From Octopus vulgaris (taxonomy: Eukaryota), in assembly GCA_951406725.2 (NCBI GenBank), contig OX597817.1, positions 15,190,001 to 15,254,000 on the forward strand: a stretch of 64,000 nucleotides of DNA, read 5' to 3'. Positions 37,931 to 51,524 of the stretch are shown in pieces. Within the stretch, counting starts at the first letter, position 1; every line of letters starts with the position of its first letter. Below the pieces are notes generated by a model, which made no database searches, was not told the origin of the DNA, and saw nothing but the letters and a program-made list of their open reading frames with translations. Made by a program: the position numbers and the translations under genes.

Positions 37931-38099
37931 TATATATATATATTATATACATATTCATTTAATGTTGAAAAAAAAAGTTAAAAATTCAAATAACTTCCTT
38001 AAAATTGTTGTTAAAAATAGGAAACTTTTGGAAAAGAGGAGATGCTTATTTGATGAAGCATTTTCTAACAGACTTTGATAGTAGTTTTGTAGACTTTCA

Positions 38100-38800
38100 A
38101 AGGACCATTGATAATATACATTGGTCTACACCATAGAAGGTACTACATTACTATGATTTCCTGGAAAAATATATCAATCCCATAAGTGCAATACACCAAG
38201 GGAGTAAGTAACTGCTGAGTTACTGACTTTTGATCAATTTGTACATTTGATCAATTCTCAAATGAATTTGAAGTTAGTTGTGGAATGCTACAAGGGGCTG
38301 TTTTATCACCTCTACTGTTTGTTGAACTAATAAACTACACCACAAAGGAAGAGATGAAAGAGAAGGAAATGAATGGATTTATGGAAAGTTATTTGGCTGA
38401 TTTGAATTACAACATTGATTTGATTGCAAAGCAGAATACAAAAATATAAATAATGGTGTACAAGCCTGATGAAATACATGAAAGCTTAAAAATATACACC
38501 GTTATAAGTAAAATTATGAGGACTGTGTTGTGATGGGTCTTTAGAAATTGAATTTAATGAAGGATTTAGGAAAGAAAATTAAGCAATGGAAATGCTTTCA
38601 AATAAGTGGAAATCACATATGAAAATTAAACTACAAGAAGTGTTATAACATATGGAAGAAAATCATGGCATACCAATCAAATCATAGCTAGTTGTTTTAG
38701 AATCTTTGAAAACAAACCATCACAAAGAATCTTGGAAATCAAAATGCATGATTTGTTGAGAAATGAAATGGCTTGAAATAAAATAAAATGAATGAAGGCA
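38100..38800 (+). mobile_element. Highly decayed LINE reverse transcriptase remnant
   Basis: GMLQGAVLSPLLF at ~38282-38320 resembles the RT motif GVxQGxxLSPLLF; many stops. Confidence 0.55.
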
Positions 38801-39354
38801 GACATTAAACAATGATGATGATGATGATGATGATGATATAAACCATAAAATGTCAGGAGGTATGAGAGGTGACTATGTTTATTTAACCACTTGTCAACCT
38901 TAGGATTATGACTGTTTCACAGCTTTCTTCACGTAATAATAATTTCAGTGTATAATAAATTATGTTTACATGTTTACACTAATTATCCAATACAATTATA
39001 TATTCACAAATCAATACTAATAAAGAATGCTAACAGAGTTGAGGCATTGGTATAACTATCATGTTCTGGTGATCAGATGAGCTAGCTTGCTTTATCTGCA
39101 TTGATTTGCGAATATACAATTGTATTGTGTAATGCATAGCATGCATATTAGTGCAGGCATGTAAATATAATTTATTATACATTGAAATTAACATTACATC
39201 AGGAAGTCTGTGAAATGGTTGTAATCCTAAGGATGTTAAGATTCACCTCTCCTACCTTCTGACTTCGAAATGGCTTATATACACCTCATGAGATAATTCT
39301 ATTGACTGGACTTTCTGGATTTCAGCTGCAAAGACACTCTGCATTATACTTCTC

Positions 39355-39934
39355 TTAACCTCTTAACACCTTCCACCTCAGAAGCCTCCAACACATACTT
39401 GGCATCTCCTGGCAAGACAAAGTAACCAATACTGACGTTCTGTCTCGTGCTGGCCTCCCCACCTTGCTCATCTTGCTAAGACCATGTCAGCTGCACTGGC
39501 TTAGCCACGTTCGCTGTATGGAGGATGGTCAGATCCCAAAGGATGTCCTCTTCGGAGAGCTTGTCGCAGGGTGGAGAAACATTGGCTGCTTGAAGCTGAG
39601 GTACAGGCAAGTGTGTAGGAGGGATAGGAAGGCACTTGGCATCAACACCAATTCTTGGGAGGATCTCGCAGCTGACCGAACCTGCTGGAGAGGTACTCTT
39701 CACAAACAACTGCAGACCGGCAAAGAGAATTCGAGGGTGGCAGCAGCTGAAAACCAAGCCCGAAGGAAAGAAATGACAGCCAACAGACCGGATTCAACGT
39801 ATAGGTGTGACCTCTGCAAACGAGACTGCCACTCTCGCATCGGCCTCTACAGCCACAGGAGGCATTGCAAAAACTGAATACATAACTCAACGGATGGATG
39901 ACATCATCTATGGCCAGCCATGACCGATGGAGGC

Positions 39935-39938
<4 letters not shown>
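39355..39938 (+). mobile_element. RTE/BovB-like LINE 3' coding end
   Basis: LGISWQDKVTNTDVL, WLSHVRCMEDGQIPKDVLFGEL, SWEDLAADR, and a C-terminal CxxC..H..C finger (CDLCKRDCHSRIGLYSHRRHC). Confidence 0.9.
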
Positions 39939-39967
<29 letters not shown>

Positions 39968-39971
<4 letters not shown>

Positions 39972-41549
39972 TCATCATCATCATCATCATCATCGTTGTT
40001 GTTTAACATCTGCTTTCCATGCTGGCATGGTTTGGACGGTTTGACTGAGGGCTGGTGAGCCAGAGGCTGCACCAGACTCAATCTGATCTGGCAAAGTTTC
40101 TACAGCTGGATGCCCTTCCTAATGCCAACCACTCCAAGAGTGTAGTGGGTGCTTTTACATGCCACTAGCACGAGGAACAGTCAGGCAGTTCTGGCAACGA
40201 CCATGCTCAAAAGGTATTTTTTACGTGCTACCTGCACAGGAGCCAGTCCAGTGGCACTGGCAATGACCATGCTTGAATGTTGTTTTTCATGGCCACCGGT
40301 ACATGTGCCAGTAAGGTGACACTGGCAATGATCATGCTCAAATGTGCTTTTAACGTTCCACTAGCACGAGTACCAATCAGGCAGTACTGTCATAGGCCAC
40401 GTCAGCGATTTTGATTTTGATTTCACTTGCCTCAATAGGTCTTTGCAAGCAAAGTTTATTGTCCAATGAATGAGGGGTATTCATAAGTGGGCTGGTTAGA
40501 CCCACTGGAATAGGCCATGGGTTATGGTCTCACTTGGCTTGTCGGGTTTTCAAGAGCACAGCTTATCTCCAAAGGTCTTGGTCACTAGTCATTGTCTCGG
40601 TAAGGCCCAATGTTCGAAGGTCATGCTTCACCATCTCATCCCTGGTTTTCCTGCTACCACCATTCTTCCAGTCCTTCCAAGCCTGTTTCTTTTCCCTAGT
40701 AGCCCTGTCAACAACATTGTTCCACCACCACGTTGCCTTGGGTCGAGAGGTGACTTTGTACCATCCACAGATTTGGTCAGTGGCCCTCAGCAGGTTGTCC
40801 TGTAGAACTCTCCAGTTGTCTTCCACATCATGTAATGCTATATCCCCCTCTATTTCGTCAAAGGCTTCGAGTAATATGTCTCTAAATCTCTTTAAGCTTC
40901 CAGACCCTTCTCCTCTATGCTGGTCCTCTTCTGGGCATCCATTTAGTCCTGATCCTGAAGTCGCTAACTACTAGTCTATGTTGTGGGGGTACATTCTTTG
41001 CCTGGGAAGGTTTTGGCATTTATAAACAGCCATCTTTCCCTTTTTCTGGTGAGGATGTAGTCAATTTGGTTAGTGTGTCTACCAAATCGGTAGGTGACTA
41101 GGTGACTGGCAGGTTTCCTGAAGTTAGTATTGCAAACCATAAGATCATTTGTATTGCAGAACTCTAGCAGCTTGGTTCCCTCCTCATTGCAGGAACCAAA
41201 ACCATAGCCTCCATGTATGCCATGGAAGCCCCCTGCATGTTGTCCAACATGCCCATTGAAGTTGCCAGCCACAAAGAGAAGGCTCGTGTCATTCGTCAAC
41301 GAAACAGTCTGCAAGAGGGTGTTATAAAATCTGTCTTTCTGTGCCTCAGGTAGCCCCAGCTGGGGGGCATAGGCCAAGATAATGGTTGCTAGCCCATGAT
41401 GTAGCACTAATCTAATCTTAAGTATTCTATTGCATACTCTGACTACCTTGATTACCTTATCGACCCATTTCTCTGCAAGAAGTATACCCACACCCTCGAC
41501 CCTGTTAGTGTTCCTTGCCCAGAAAATCTTGTACCTGTGTTCTTTGCCT
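39968..41549 (-). mobile_element. Internally deleted RTE LINE: AP endonuclease and linker fused to the ORF C-terminus, then 3' UTR
   Basis: GILLAEKW..AYAPQ..GNFNGHVG..NTNF..QIDYIL (APE); TWWWNNVV..AWKDWKNGGSR|KTRDEMVKHDLRTLGL; 3' UTR tandem units and (GAT)n. Confidence 0.9.
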
Positions 41550-41657
41550 ATATATATGATATATGTAATGAAGAGAAAATGGCATATAATCCAACAGTTT
41601 CCATCTTTGCTTTATTATCATTATTATTTCCAAATTAGTCGGTCAAGTAGATGATGT

Positions 41658-42070
41658 CAGGAGTGGCTGTGTGGTAAGTAGCTTGCTTACCAACCACATG
41701 GTTCCGGGTTCAGTCCCACTGCGTGGCATCTTGGGCAAGTGTCTTCTGCTATGGCCCCGGGCCGACCAATGCCTTGTGAGTGGATTTGGTAGACGGAAAC
41801 TGAAAGAAGCCTGTCGTATATATGTATATATATATGTATGTGTGTGTGTGTTTGTGTGTCTGTGTTTGTCCCCCTAGCATTGCTTGACAACCGATGCTGG
41901 TGTGTTTACGTTCCTGTCACTTAGCAGTTCGGCAAAAGAGACCGATAGAATAAGTACTGGGCTTACAAAGAATAAGTCCCGGGGTCGGTTTGCTCGACTA
42001 AAGGCGGTGCTCCAGCATGGCCGCAGTCAAATGACTGAAACAAGTAAAAGAGTAAAAAAGAGTAAAGAGT
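41658..42070 (+). mobile_element. OR2-like CORE-SINE
   Basis: Family match. Confidence 0.9.
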
Positions 42071-42748
42071 ATATAAAGTTACTCTAAGAAATCTGAGATC
42101 AGTTCTAAGAAATCTGAGCTTAGCAAGGAAATGACATATGTATCGAAATAATTCATGTTGCCAGCAACAAATGTCATCACTCTGGAGAAACAAATATAAA
42201 AACAATAAATGTTGGTGATGCTTTCATTGCTAACCTCATAAATGTTAGCATATGTTGTTCCTTGTCTAATAAAAGCTGAGTTAGCAAAGCTATCTTTGTA
42301 AAAAAAAAAAGTATGGTTTATAAATAAGAGTGGCTTGGTGCTGTTTTTTTTTTAACAATATATCTCATCTGTTTCTGTATATGAAAATCAAGTTAAATTG
42401 GCTCCCCAACCCCCCAATCATTATGATGTAATCTATTGATTATTTCTGCCCAGAAAACATAAGTTATCAGATTACGTAAATTTTACCCAGTAATTTCAAT
42501 TTCTCTCTCTCTCGCTCTCACACACACACACACAGAATAGTAAAGGAAGAAATGAAGTCCTGTAGTTTAACATTATGATGGATAGCAGAAGTACTGAGAA
42601 CGATTATAAGGATTGGAGTATAATATACTGAATTGAGTAGAAGGAGATAGAGGGGGAGAAATTAACAGTATTAAAAATGAAAATGTATTTATCACTAAAT
42701 GTAGTGTATTTTTTTTTGCTGCCATCCAAGGGCTTTTATGCTATTACA

Positions 42749-42977
42749 TTAACCCTTTTGATACCAACCCGGGCAAAACCGCCTCTGGCTCTGTAGTACA
42801 AATGTCTTGTTTTCATAAGTTTTGAATTAAAATCTACCACCAAACCTTAGTCACAATTTATGTTCCCAATACTAGCTGAATGATAACCAAGTTATTTTAC
42901 TAAATTCTTTGTTATATTTAAAACAATTGAATGAAACACAGAGCATCTCAAAATAAATACGGTAACGAAAGGGTTAA
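42749..42977. mobile_element. 230-bp piggyBac-type MITE, family A
   Basis: TTAA-CCCTTTTGATACC ... GGTAACGAAAGGG-TTAA. Confidence 0.88.
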
Positions 42978-43289
42978 GGAATAGAAGTAATTGGGTGAAG
43001 TTAGATACCTTAACATGTTTCCACATTTTACAAATTTGGAGAGGAAGCGAATAATGTTAGAATTTTTTAGAGGCTTGTCATTTCCTTTTTCTTTAGATCT
43101 TTCAGTCAGGATGAAAGAGCAGTGTCCATAACCCTTTACAGAGACCCTCTGAAACTGGTGAGACATGGAGGGTAAAGTATTTAAACTGGAGACGTGGCCC
43201 AATATTTATAATGGGGTGGACTTCACAGAAGGCACCCAAGGACCTAATGATAATGTGAAACCAAGCAACAGATTAAGTCTTCCACCCTA

Positions 43290-43617
43290 GTAAAAGACCT
43301 CCTTCAGTCATGAATGACCATGGGATTGCACCTAGAAAGTTCTCTTTGAGGTACAAATCCACACAAAATTGTTTATGGTAGGCCAGCAGTTACTCATGCA
43401 TACCAACCTCCCCGCTCCATGCCACCAATGTTATCCAAAGGCAAAGGCAAAGGTCAATATGGCTTGGCCCCAGTGACATTGCAACTCATTTTTACTGGAG
43501 CAATGTGAAATAAAGTGTCTTGCTCAAGAACACAACACGCAGCCCAGTATGGAAATCAAACTCACAATCTCATGATTATGAGCCCGACACTCTAACCACT
43601 GAGTCATAAGTCTTCAC
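43290..43617 (-). mobile_element. Older tRNA-derived SINE (fourth family)
   Basis: Minus head GTGAAGAC..CTCAGTGGTTAGAGTGTCGGGCTCATAATC; GTTGTGTTCTTGAGCAAGACAC core. Confidence 0.65.
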
Positions 43618-43887
43618 CCAAGTAGGAGAGATCTAAACTCAGACCACAATGCACCAGCATAAGTACTGTAAGGTATCTCTGATGTGCTACCATTTGTGCT
43701 AGTCTGTCACCATACAGTACATTATTTATCGACCCTGGAGAGATGAAAGGCAAAGTTGACCATGGCAGGATTTGAACTCATAATGTAAGGTGTCAGAATA
43801 AATACTGCAAGGCATTTCATCCAATGCTCTTACAACTCTGATAATTCCTTGCCTAATCTGAAGAAGAATGTAAAAAATATTTAATAC

Positions 43888-44290
43888 ACTCTTTTACTCT
43901 TATTATTTGTTTCAGTCATTTGACTGTGGTCATGCTGGAGCACCACCTTTAGTCAAGCAAATCGATCCCAGGACTTATTCTTTGTAAGCCTAGTCCTTAT
44001 TCTATCAGTCTCTTTTGCCGAAACGCTAAGTTACGGGGATGTAAACACACCAGCATTGGTTGTCAAGCGATGTCGGGGGGACAAACGCAGATACACAAAC
44101 ACAAACATATATATATACATATATACAACGGGCTTCTTTCAGTTTCCGTCTACCAAATCCTCTCACAAGGCTTTGGTCGACCCGAGACTATAGTAGAAGA
44201 CACTTGCCCAAGGTGCCACACAGTGGGACTGAACCCAGAACCATGTGGTTGGTAAGCAAGCTACTTACCACACAGCTACTCCTACACCTA
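43888..44290 (-). mobile_element. OR2-like CORE-SINE
   Basis: Family match. Confidence 0.9.
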
Positions 44291-44450
44291 TATATATACA
44301 GTATATAAAAAAGTGAAAGTAACAATTCAAGATTTTAGAATCTGAGTCCAGTCTAGAAATACAATTCTGATTTGCAAAACAGTCATAGAATACAGGAAGT
44401 TGCTGAGTGTTTGGAGATGGAAAATAAATGTCCAAGTAAAGCCAGTTTAC

Positions 44451-44470
44451 TAAATCTCCAAGATGCTCAT
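44451..44470 (-). CDS. Candidate 20-nt microexon (x)EHLGDL
   Basis: Strong acceptor ttttttgttttattcag| and donor TTA|gtaaac. Phase 1 to 0 would fit exon 32079-32119. No homology support. Confidence 0.3.
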
Positions 44471-44786
44471 CTGAATAAAACAAAAAACAGCTATTTTTAT
44501 TTTGGTCTACAAAATTTGAAATATCATGTAAAACATTAATTTAAATATATTCCCTATAGCAGTGGTATTCTAAAAGTTGGCAAGTTTACATTATGGATTT
44601 TGAAAAAGGTGGAAAAAGCGGTGATACACAAAAACAGCCTATAGGAAAATGTGAGTGAGTGAGTGAGTGAGGGAGGGAGGGGAGAGAGAGAGAGAGAGAG
44701 AGAGAGACATACACATGCTTCTCTTAAATACCAACTCGCAATTGACTATGTAATCAAAAACTCAAACTCCAAACTCTTTTTGTAAC

Positions 44787-45206
44787 TCTAGTTTCATGAA
44801 TTTAACAATTTATCACTGTTCATTCACATGGACATTTTATACAGAAATATATTTCTGGCAGATGTTATACTTGTTTTTGTTTTGGAGTCACGTATCTACT
44901 AGGAAAGAAATGTCACGAAGCTCACTTAAACCTATATGAGATGGAAATTTAAGAAATAAAGTGCCATATAAAATTTTGTAAACATGCAAAAATAAAATAA
45001 AAAGAAATTTAATATACTAGTTTTAAAGTTACAATATTTTTCTTCCTTAAATAAGCTTCACTCTAATTTCATGAATTTAACAATTTATCACTGTTCATTC
45101 ACATGGACAATTTATATAGAAATATATTTCTGGCAGATGTTATACTTTTTTTGTTTTGGAGTCACGTATCTACTAGGAAAGAAATGTCACGAAGCTCACT
45201 TAAACC
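44787..45206. repeat. ~147-bp direct duplication of otherwise unique sequence (44787-44933 / 45061-45206)
   Basis: CTCTAxTTTCATGAATTTAAC..GAAGCTCACTTAAACCT occurs twice. The second copy is fused to a SINE fragment (45205-45342). Confidence 0.92.
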
Positions 45207-46238
45207 TTGTGAGTGGATTTGGTAGACGGAAACGGAAAGAAGCCTGTCGTATATATGTATATATATATATATGTGTGTGTGTGTTTGTGTGTCTGTTTGT
45301 CCCCTAGCATTGCTTGACAACCGATGCTGGTGTGTTTATGTCACTTTTATTTGTCAGCTAAAATTTATAAATTTTAGATATCTTAATAAGTAGTCTAATT
45401 AAGAGAAAAAGTTTCTTCAACGGTATTAAGATCTTTAAAAAAAATGGATATGTTGTTTGGTAAAAAAGAATATCTGGTTACAAAGATTATAGGCATGTGT
45501 TTGTAATTCTAACTGAATATACATGCTTCCATCACAAGAGTCTAGTAAGTATTCATAAAAATAAAGGAATTTCTGTTTTCATTTAACAATATAAAAATCA
45601 TCATCATGAAAATAATAAATTAATAATAAGCCCTGATGCAATACAAGGCAGTTGAACATGTCCCTAAGTGGCTAACAATATGTGCATCTCTGATCATGAG
45701 CAGGAGTAGTTGGGGAGCATCATAGCCATGTGTTGAGAAGAATTCTTTGTCAAATGAAAATAATAATAACAAAAACTTATATGACGAACATCAGTCTACC
45801 AAATAGGATGTTATATTCTAATTGAAGATTTTATAAAACAAAATGCAAAATTGTATGGTAGAGAATAAATACTCCTTGAATACTGAAAGGTTTTAATATC
45901 TTTTTAAGAGAAGATTAACTCAATTGATTTAATTGTTACGCTTTGTGTTTAAATCGGGAGTCATTATTATCATGAGTACTAGAAGCATATTTACTTTTTC
46001 CTTTCACATCTTCCATTCACCAACTTTCTACCTTACATTACATTCATCAAACTATTACCAAACTATTTTTTCAGTTTCAGCAAGTATCTAGTTGATGGCA
46101 CGCAATTTATTTCATTCCAATTCCTGGAAGTCCTCTGCTTCTGTTCCTTACCCTATAACATCAACCTATTTGAAACATGCTCTATATATGTTATACACAA
46201 AGAAAAAGACAAGTCAATTTGAGGTTGGTAAAAAAAAA

Positions 46239-46269
<31 letters not shown>

Positions 46270-47156
46270 GAAGGAAGGAAAAAGACAAACCCCACTTGCT
46301 ATTGTCTTCTGATTTTATGAACAAGTCATATAAAATCCAGGAGTCAAGTAAGCTCAAAATCAATAGAGATTGATAGCTATTTGAGTAGTTATACAAATGG
46401 AATCAGTGTATCTAACATGAAAAACAGTTGTTGATAAATGTTTAGTAATACTAAAGAGAAAATTCTAGTCTTTAATATAAGCAGTTAAAATATGGAAGAA
46501 TCTGAGTACATGTAGCAGACATAGACAAGGACTAGAGAAACAATCCAAAATTGGAAATGACTAACAAGGTTGTCATCCTCATTATCTTAATTGTTTTAAT
46601 GTCCACTTTTCCATACTCGCATGGGTCAGATGGAATTAATTGAGGCAAATGCTCTTTCATTCCTCAGCCATCACTTGTTTCAAAGCAAAAGTAATGTTTC
46701 CCTACAACCAGACATATTTCCATGGTAACATTGAAAATGGATAACACTGCTTGTATGATGGAGACATTTCTTTACAACAACATGCAATTCCAAATGATGA
46801 GCTTCTACACAATTTTTGCCAACCAAATCAACTCACAAGGCTTTGGTTGACCTGGGACTATAGTCCAAGCTGCCATGCAGTGGGAATGAACCTGAAACCA
46901 TGTGGCTGGGAAGCGAACTTCTTAACAATACAGCTGCCATGCCTGCACTTATTTATGTCAGTTAAACATGATAATGATATGATAAAATAGGGGACATTAA
47001 TGAAACCCCAAATGTATTCCTGAAATCACTCTTGCTACTACATAAAGGTAAACAACAGCAATTTTTTCCGGTCTGCAAAATGCCACAACCTTCTTCATCG
47101 AAGATGGATAACAGGTCTGCCTCTACAGTGAGTCATGCTAAGTGAAAATATAGATT

Positions 47157-47348
47157 TGGCACGTAAAAAGCACCCACTACACTCACGGAGTGGTTGGCAT
47201 TAGGAAGGGCATCCAGCCATAGAAACACTGCCAGATCAGACTGGGCCTGATGCAGCCTTCTGGCTTCACAGACCCTAGTTGAACCGTCCAACCCATGCTA
47301 GCATGGAAAGCGGACGCTAAACGATGATGATGATGATGATGATGATGA
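47157..47348 (+). mobile_element. RTE LINE 3' UTR fragment
   Basis: Family match with (GAT)n tail. Confidence 0.85.
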
Positions 47349-47667
47349 TTTGCAATGCAAACATCAACAAATAACAATGAATTAAAGAACCTCTCTGTCA
47401 GAAACAGCAGCTAAATCTCCCATAAACCATACCCAACCATCTTGAAAAAGGAAGAACACTTGGTATAATGTTAACCTAAGGCTAAAATAGACAGGACACG
47501 ATGGTCATGGCTGAAATACTTGGTAAATGATGGAAAGTCAATAGTCTTGTGGATTGAATCAAGTCATTTATGATCAGGTTGCACATAAACAACAATTACC
47601 ACCAATAGTCCAGCACTTTAACTGACCAAGTACTGCACTGATCTTAAGCTGTTGTTATTACTGTACA

Positions 47668-48570
47668 CTAGCAGAAGGACTGCCCACCGGGTGTTTTTCT
47701 GCTTGTTGCTAAATTATATTTACACATTTGATTCACAATTTGCGTAATTTTTCCTGATATGGTATGTCCAATATTTCATTGAATCCTCTGCTTGTTTAAT
47801 AGTAAACACTGGCTGAGTAAATTTAAGATATAACTACAGAAATGTGACCCGTTGAATTTGTTTCCTCATAAATTTCTAAAAAGTGGATATTTATTAATGG
47901 AAGTTACTACAAATACTTTTCAGATGGTGTAAATTAAAATTATATAAAAATTTGCGCTGAAAAGTTTTTTGGGAGAGGAGTTTCAGATAATTCACTCAAC
48001 TCAATTTTGTTTCCTCATAGCTTTCAGAAAAATTGGTATTTATTATGAAATTTTCAACAAATAACTTTCAGATGGTTATATAGGAATTCAATGTAAAAAA
48101 AAAAGGGGGTGGGTGGGGTGGTCAAATATTTCATGCATCTTGACTTTATTTCCTCATAATTTTCATGATTTAATTACAATTATGTTGAAAAATTACTCAT
48201 TTTTAGCATAAACTAAATGACCACATAGGGGACAGACCACCTTTGAGTTTGTTTAAAAGTGAGATTACAATTGTGATAAAATAATGAAAGAAATGTGCAT
48301 TCAACAAGTAATGCTAGCATTGTACCCTTCTTTCTACAAAGATTTTTTCAGAGATTTTTTGGGAAAGGGTGGAATAATCCTAAAAAAATATTACATGTTT
48401 TCAACATAATTGTAATTAAATGATCAAAATATATCAGGAAAAGTTGAGATGCATGAAATATCCGCCACCTACTTTTTCCATGCTGAATTCCTATACAATT
48501 ATAATCTGTACCATCTGAAAGGATTTTGTAGAAAATTTCATTAAAAAATTACCTATTTTTCAGAAAGATA
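47668..48570. mobile_element. Decayed Helitron-like/fold-back element with internal direct and inverted repeats
   Basis: Minus-strand ..CCCGGTGGGCAGTCCTTCTGCTAG end at 47668. 48020-48192 is inverted at 48395-48568, with a direct partial copy at 47860-47935. Confidence 0.5.
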
Positions 48571-51057
48571 CAAAGAGACAAAATCAAGGAACTGGTGTAA
48601 GTAAATTAAAGCTAGTTTTATTATTCAGCTTTTCTATTTCTTCAACAACATCCAACAAAAATGAAAGGATACTGGGAAAGAAAGTAGCATTGCAAATATT
48701 TGGCAACTTTTATATTTCCAGAAGTATAAAAACATGTTAAACTACCACACAGTAAACTGAAATGTCATGCTAAATAAGATTTCTGATTGATGTACTTGAA
48801 ATATTCAATGAAAAAACAATCTTCAAAACCACATTTTGATGAAAATATATTAAAACTGGAATTTCTAAAAATTTTACAAAAGTCTATCCTGTATTAACTG
48901 CTTTCTTTTAGTAAAAGTTACATAATTCCAACTAATTAATAAGCTTTCTCCATTACAGTATAGATATATCATAACTATATTTAGCTATTATTTTAAAACT
49001 ATTTATTACACTACCTCGCTATTCAGCTGTCATAATTCAGTAAATTACATGCTGACTTAAAAGTATGTCTGACCACAAAAATTCTCATAGATAATATCTG
49101 AGTGTCAGAAAACCAACAGTAAACCTATCATCATTATCATTGTTTTAATGTCTACTTTTCTGTGATTGCATGGGTCAGATGTAACTTGTTGAAGCAGAGT
49201 TTCTGAGGACAGATGCTCTTCCTGTTGCCAGCCCTCACCTATTTCCAAGCAAGAAAACATTTTCCCAAGTTCTTCAAACAATGAACAGCTCAAAAGACAG
49301 ACACGTTTCCTTAGACTGTAAACATGATGCCTTTTGCATGAACAGCACACAAACATCAGTACAAGAGGAAGAAAAACACACATGCAGATAGAGAATAAAT
49401 TGCTTAGGTTTAAAGATGTGGAAAAGTTGTTTAGTAAGGAGTGAAAAAAGGCTGGTGTGTAAAAACTGAACTTGGTTTCTAGTCATTAAAATTTTTAATG
49501 GATGTTAAAATGATTAAGTTGTTTGTTTTTATTTAAATGCCAAACCCTTAGTATAAATGAATTATATATTTATATCAGTCAACGTCTACATCCAATACAC
49601 TGACCAAATCTAATGACTTTCTCTCAGAGCATCCTTCATATCTCCTTTAAACTAACTTAAGCAAATTCAAGTAACAAAAATCTTGACAGAAGAAATAAAA
49701 GAGGTGCACCATTTTACTTTTTGTAACGCTGCTAGCGAAATATATGTCATATTCCGGGAAAAGTGTAATGAAAGGCAATCTATTAACCAGTCAATCTACT
49801 ATTTCTCTGTCCCTGTCATGCATTTATGGAAGAATTGACTAAGTTTGCTCAAACCATTATGTTGTGCTTCAAAGAATAACACATTACTTATGCATCATTT
49901 AATTTGTTGATATAACTCACGTTAATGCTAAATGTAAGGAATGTTCCAACAGTATACAAATAATCAAAATATAAACAAACCTACTTATACTTGTAAAGAA
50001 GAATATATGTAAAATTAAAACACAAAAAATTGATACAAATTATTCAGAAAAAAAAAACAACAACAGAACAAACAAACAAGAAAAAAATTCCTAAACAACT
50101 GACTGGGATCAAAGCAGTTAAAAGTAATTTATCATTAAGTTATTACAAAAAGGAACCGGTAAAAGGAAAAAAAAGTTAGTAATCCTAGATATTCAGATTT
50201 GATGAGTTTAGTTGTAACTCGGTTAAATGATGAAAGGAATATTATAATTTAAATAAACAATGGGAAAACTTGAAATTCTGTCAAAATGAAAATACAAAAA
50301 CAGAATAAAAACAAGAATTATTAGGCTATACCCCACCCCCTCAACACTCAAGATATAATACTGCAGAAACCTAAAATACATTAGTAATATATAAGTTTTT
50401 TGTGATGATATAAAATGGGTTATGTCAGAGGTAGGGAGCTTGCAGTCTTTTCAGGGACTAAGTGTGACTTTCTGATGGGCTAAATATAGCATTCTGAAGG
50501 GTCAATGCAACTTATGACAGCGTGAGTGCAGCCTTTTAAAAAAATGCTTGAGAGAAAATCATTAAACTGGATACATTTCTGTTGATTTAGTTTTATTTAA
50601 GGTCTATCTTTTCAACTAACTGCTACTTTTAGATGCAATTTATTTATATTTCTGTATATACATTTGTAATTAAAACATAGAAATCTGAAGACTTCCCTCC
50701 TTAAAAATAAACAAAAAGTTAGTTAGTTAGTTAGTTAGTTAGTTAATTTGGCTCAAAAGCAAATAGCAAGGCCATGTAAGTTACAAGAGTAGTGGTGTTT
50801 AATTTGAAACTGCTTTTAAAAAATTTCAAGAGTTTCTTTTAAGTGATATTTTATAAAATATATTTAGTGATATAAAATTACTTTTGAAAAAGTGGCTTTA
50901 TCAGATGGCAGTTAACGCCTAAAATAATTGTAATTTTTTTTTTAATGATGCCATTTGCTTATGTTTTCAATTTAATAAATGAATAGTAACAAGATTTATA
51001 GAATGGTACAATTGCTTGAAGTTAGAAAAGCTGGATGTAGTTTGGAGATGTAATATA

Positions 51058-51275
51058 TTTCTTTACTACCCACAAGGGGCTAAACATAGAGGGGACAAAC
51101 AAGAACAGACAAAGGGATTAAGTCGATTACATCGACCCAGTACTTTATTTATCGACCCTGAGAGGATGAAAGGCAAAGTCAACCTCGGCAGAATTTGAAC
51201 TCAGAACGTAACGACAAATGAAATACCGCAAAGCATTTCGCCCTTTGCGCTAACGTTCCTGCCAGCTCGCCGCCT
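51058..51275 (-). mobile_element. Meta/MESC-like SINE
   Basis: Family match; TSD tggagatgtaata. Confidence 0.85.
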
Positions 51276-51298
51276 AATGGAGATGTAATAGATTAGAA

Positions 51299-51524
51299 GT
51301 AACTCTCTAGTATTTAAACTGGCCACATCTGACCCAAATAGTCTACCTGTTTTATGCTCAAACTAGCCATCTCCAGCATCTCACATCTACCCTGCAATGT
51401 CATTCTAAAAATAAACAATCACATCTTCAAAATCCCTAAGCTACAATGTAATACATGATTAATTTTAAAAACAACATGAATAAGCATTACATTTGACAGA
51501 GTAATCTGAATGCTAAAGGGTTGA
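51299..51524. mobile_element. piggyBac-type MITE, family B (decayed)
   Basis: Reverse-complement match to 55946-56174; ..ATGCTAAAGGGTT end. Confidence 0.65.

Noticed and set aside
46152-46165. 14-nt microexon-like GTTGATGTTATAGG|gtaagg
   Set aside because: Poor pyrimidine tract; it fits only as a replacement for exon 32079-32119; no other support.
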